DNA from: Carcharhinus longimanus
Taxonomy: Eukaryota
Direction of reading: 5' to 3'
NCBI GenBank assembly: GCA_030264375.1
Contig: JASCQW010000043.1
Span: 52,575,760-52,639,759 of the forward strand
DNA: 64,000 nucleotides
The notes beneath the pieces were generated by a model, which saw nothing but the letters and a program-made list of their open reading frames with translations, did not search any database and was not told where the DNA came from. Position numbers and translations under genes: made by a program. Below are positions 61,207-64,000 of the stretch, in pieces. How positions within the stretch are numbered: position 1 is the first letter of the stretch; each line of letters begins with the position of its first letter.

Positions 61207-63892
61207 NNNNNNNNNNNNNNNNNNNNNNNNNNNNNNNNNNNNNNNNNNNNNNNNNNNNNNNNNNNNNNNNNNNNNNNNNNNNNNNNNNNNNNNNNNNNNN
61301 NNNNNNACAACTTTAAACAGTTCTACAAGGAACAAAGTGCTTTAAACTTATTTTAAGCAGGTTTTTAACAGGTAAATTCTTATTCTTATCTGTCTCTCTC
61401 TGCTCCTTCACTCGTCTGCTCCAGTACTTGATTATTTCTTAAAATTCTCTCACTGTGGCAAAAAACTGGATAGAATGTTGGAGATGCAAAAAAGGTAAAT
61501 ATCATGAAGCTCCTCCAACGGATGAACCTTATCAAAAAATGAAATATCCACTGACAGCATCATGCACTCCCAGCCTATGTATTGCACTGTGATGCTTCAA
61601 CTATCACCTCAATACTGTGTTTCAGATCCTTTTTGTTATCAATTATGTTTTCCTTTTTCCTATTTCAGTCAGGCATGTTGCCCTTCTGAGTAAAACTTCT
61701 AACTTGTAAGTTGGGGAATGGAGCAGAAATTCTAAGGTACATTATGAATCCGAACAATTTGCTATGTCGGCATTAATGTGAGGATATGATGATTCACTCC
61801 AACACTTTATTTCACAATACAGTTTAGCTTTAACAAATGAATTGGCTTAACATTTAACAATGGAAAAATACTTAAACATGACAAGATACAATTCTTGACT
61901 GCTAACTTATCCCTATGAGTTCCAATTTAAGCAATATTCCTTGACAAACTATAAACCCCACTTCAAAATCAGCTAGTAAAATACAGGCTTATTGCGTGTA
62001 CTTAGGTTTCCAGCCCTGGGGCTCCCAGGCAACCTCAAGAGTGAGGGAAAATAAAAGACATGTTTTGATTACTTCAGAACCAGGCAGCAATTTGTTTTAA
62101 AAGGAGAGAAACTAGCTATCTTCGCTACAAGCTTTGCCCTTTCCATGAAGCACAAGACTCTGTCTCTTTCAATCAACCTTACCAAAACTCTACTCTGAAA
62201 TCCCAGGGGAAAAGCCAAGAAAACACAAACGCATTAACTCTGTTTAGGCAAACATACCATTTGCTAAAATATCCTGTGGTCTCAGCACGGAGTTGCATGT
62301 TTTTTTTCGGACAAATCAACTCCTTGCAACAAAACACTGCGTCTTACAAGAAACATATTATAAGTATATTTCTTAAAGGCACAGTATAATCACATATGCC
62401 AATTTATCAGCATTTTTTTCATTCCACTTCCATGATTCAGCACAGGTAAAAGGGAGAGCAGACACAAGATTGTAAACTAAATTCAAAACTAAATTAAAGG
62501 GTGAAAGGGAAATCTGCTAATACGCCACATTGTCTCATTCTGTATCGAATGCACTTTAAACAAAAACAAGAAAAATAGCTAGCAATTCTTTTTTGAAAAA
62601 TCAGAGAGGAGTTGTGTGTACAGTTCCTTGCAATTTAAAATAACCTGACCAAGAGTAGGAATGTGCTCAGCAAAACATTCAGACTGCAGCACAATTTTAA
62701 ATTGGCAGGCAATGCAATCTGCACCATCTGATTAAATAAGCTTAACATTCGTAAATCCCCAATCCTGACCACCATTCAAGTACTGCTAATCAAGGTAAAA
62801 TGATGAGAATTTGCATCTGAGTTATATTGTTTCAAAATCAATACATTAACTTTGATACAAGTTCCACTGGATAAGCAGAATTACACCCACGCTTCCAGCA
62901 AGCAAACCGGCAGTCCAGTATTAGGCTGCTTAAAGCACCTTTACCAATCTTGCTCAATTTTACTGCACCTGATGCCTCGATGATGCTTGAAGCAAGACAT
63001 TATTTGGTATCAATGTAAATAAAGTGCCTGCATGCATGTTTCCTTCACAGATAAAAGGACTCAGGCTGCAAAAATATTCTGGGTTTTCACCAGCACAAAG
63101 TTATTCTTAACTTGTAATTATTGAGGTCCATCTAAAATAATTATTTATGCAAGCAAAATCATTTCCAAAAATTGCTAATACAGTTAACATAACTTTCAAA
63201 AGGCGCAATTGCATGTTACAGCAGGTTGTCCACCCCCTTAACTGAGGATTAGTTTAATCCGAGGAGATTTAAGGGGAGAGTGGAAAATAAGCTATCTGAC
63301 AAAGAAAGGAATTGATTTTTTTTTAAATCAAATTTTCAAGCTGAACCAAGAAGATTCTGTGATATTGTAGGGAGTCTTTCGATTCCAGGTAGCCACACTG
63401 GTGCACTTTGCCGTTGTACCACCATGCTAAGGAACGGTAGAGAGAAGTCTAGTCGCTTGCAAATTCCCATACAGTAATTGGAGTTTTGTGGAGGCGGGGA
63501 ATGCAGGAGAGCAAAGAGGGGGCCGTGGAAGCGTCGTAAGGGGAAAAATCAACATAGGGAAGAGGTGGCGGAGGAGGGGCGATGCAGATGAGAGGATAGG
63601 AACAAGAAGACAGGGATAAGAGGAAGGGTAAAGGAACTTGGAGGGGGGACAAGAGTTAGCCAGACCGCAGGACGACGGTGGGGGGATGGGGAGGGATGTT
63701 GTCAGGGAGGGGGAAAGAGGGATCGAGAAAATGGAAGGATGGAGTGTGGGCCAACTTGAAGGCCTTCCACATCCTACATGTCCTTATACTAGTTCTTTCA
63801 ATCAGAACTTCCTTAGGTGCTCCCTGATTACAGGCCCTACCAGCTGCTGAGTTAATACCAGCAGGAATGGAATGAGGCCATAATGTGGTTGC

Positions 63893-63990
63893 GAAAATAA
63901 AAAATTTGGGAAGTTCTCAGCTGATCATACAGCATTAGTAGAGGGAAACAGATTTTACATTTCAGGTCAAGATGACCATTCATCAGAACA
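63893..63990 (-). mobile_element. Penelope-like terminal remnant with hammerhead-like core
   Basis: Minus strand reads GTT-CTGATGA-ATGGTCA-TCT-TGACCT-GAAA-TGTAAAATCTGTTTCCCTCTAC... Confidence 0.55.
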
Positions 63991-64000
63991 GCTGGTTGTC

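Noticed and set aside
1-64000. CRISPR array, operon or prokaryotic defence system
   Set aside because: There is no regularly spaced repeat-spacer array and no gene-dense coding. The content is vertebrate intron plus transposon debris.

Overview
This is eukaryotic, AT-rich, repeat-dense DNA from a draft assembly with many N gaps. It is most likely a cartilaginous fish (shark), judged from HE1-type V-SINEs, Deu-domain SINEs and HER1-like CR1 LINEs. The only host coding sequence I can support is one 108-nt minus-strand exon (6437-6544) encoding VTDKSVKAFAEHCPLLQYVGFMGCSVTSQGVIHLTR, which I recognise as a leucine-rich-repeat exon of FBXL17. The rest is probably intron of that gene. It holds CR1, L2 and Rex1/Babar LINE fragments, tRNA-derived SINEs, two decayed Gypsy LTR retrotransposons, a solo LTR with a perfect TSD, PIF/Harbinger-like and hAT-Charlie-like MITEs, and Penelope-like remnants with hammerhead-ribozyme-like cores. 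Almost all supplied ORFs are spurious, gap-spanning or TE remnants. I found no CRISPR array, operon or convincing new multi-gene system. The most notable items are a young 194-bp fold-back Penelope-like element, tail-swapped SINEs, MITEs carrying an NRF1-type palindrome, and nested insertions. Family names come from my recall of motifs, not from searches. Boundaries are approximate unless a TSD, TIR or splice site is given.
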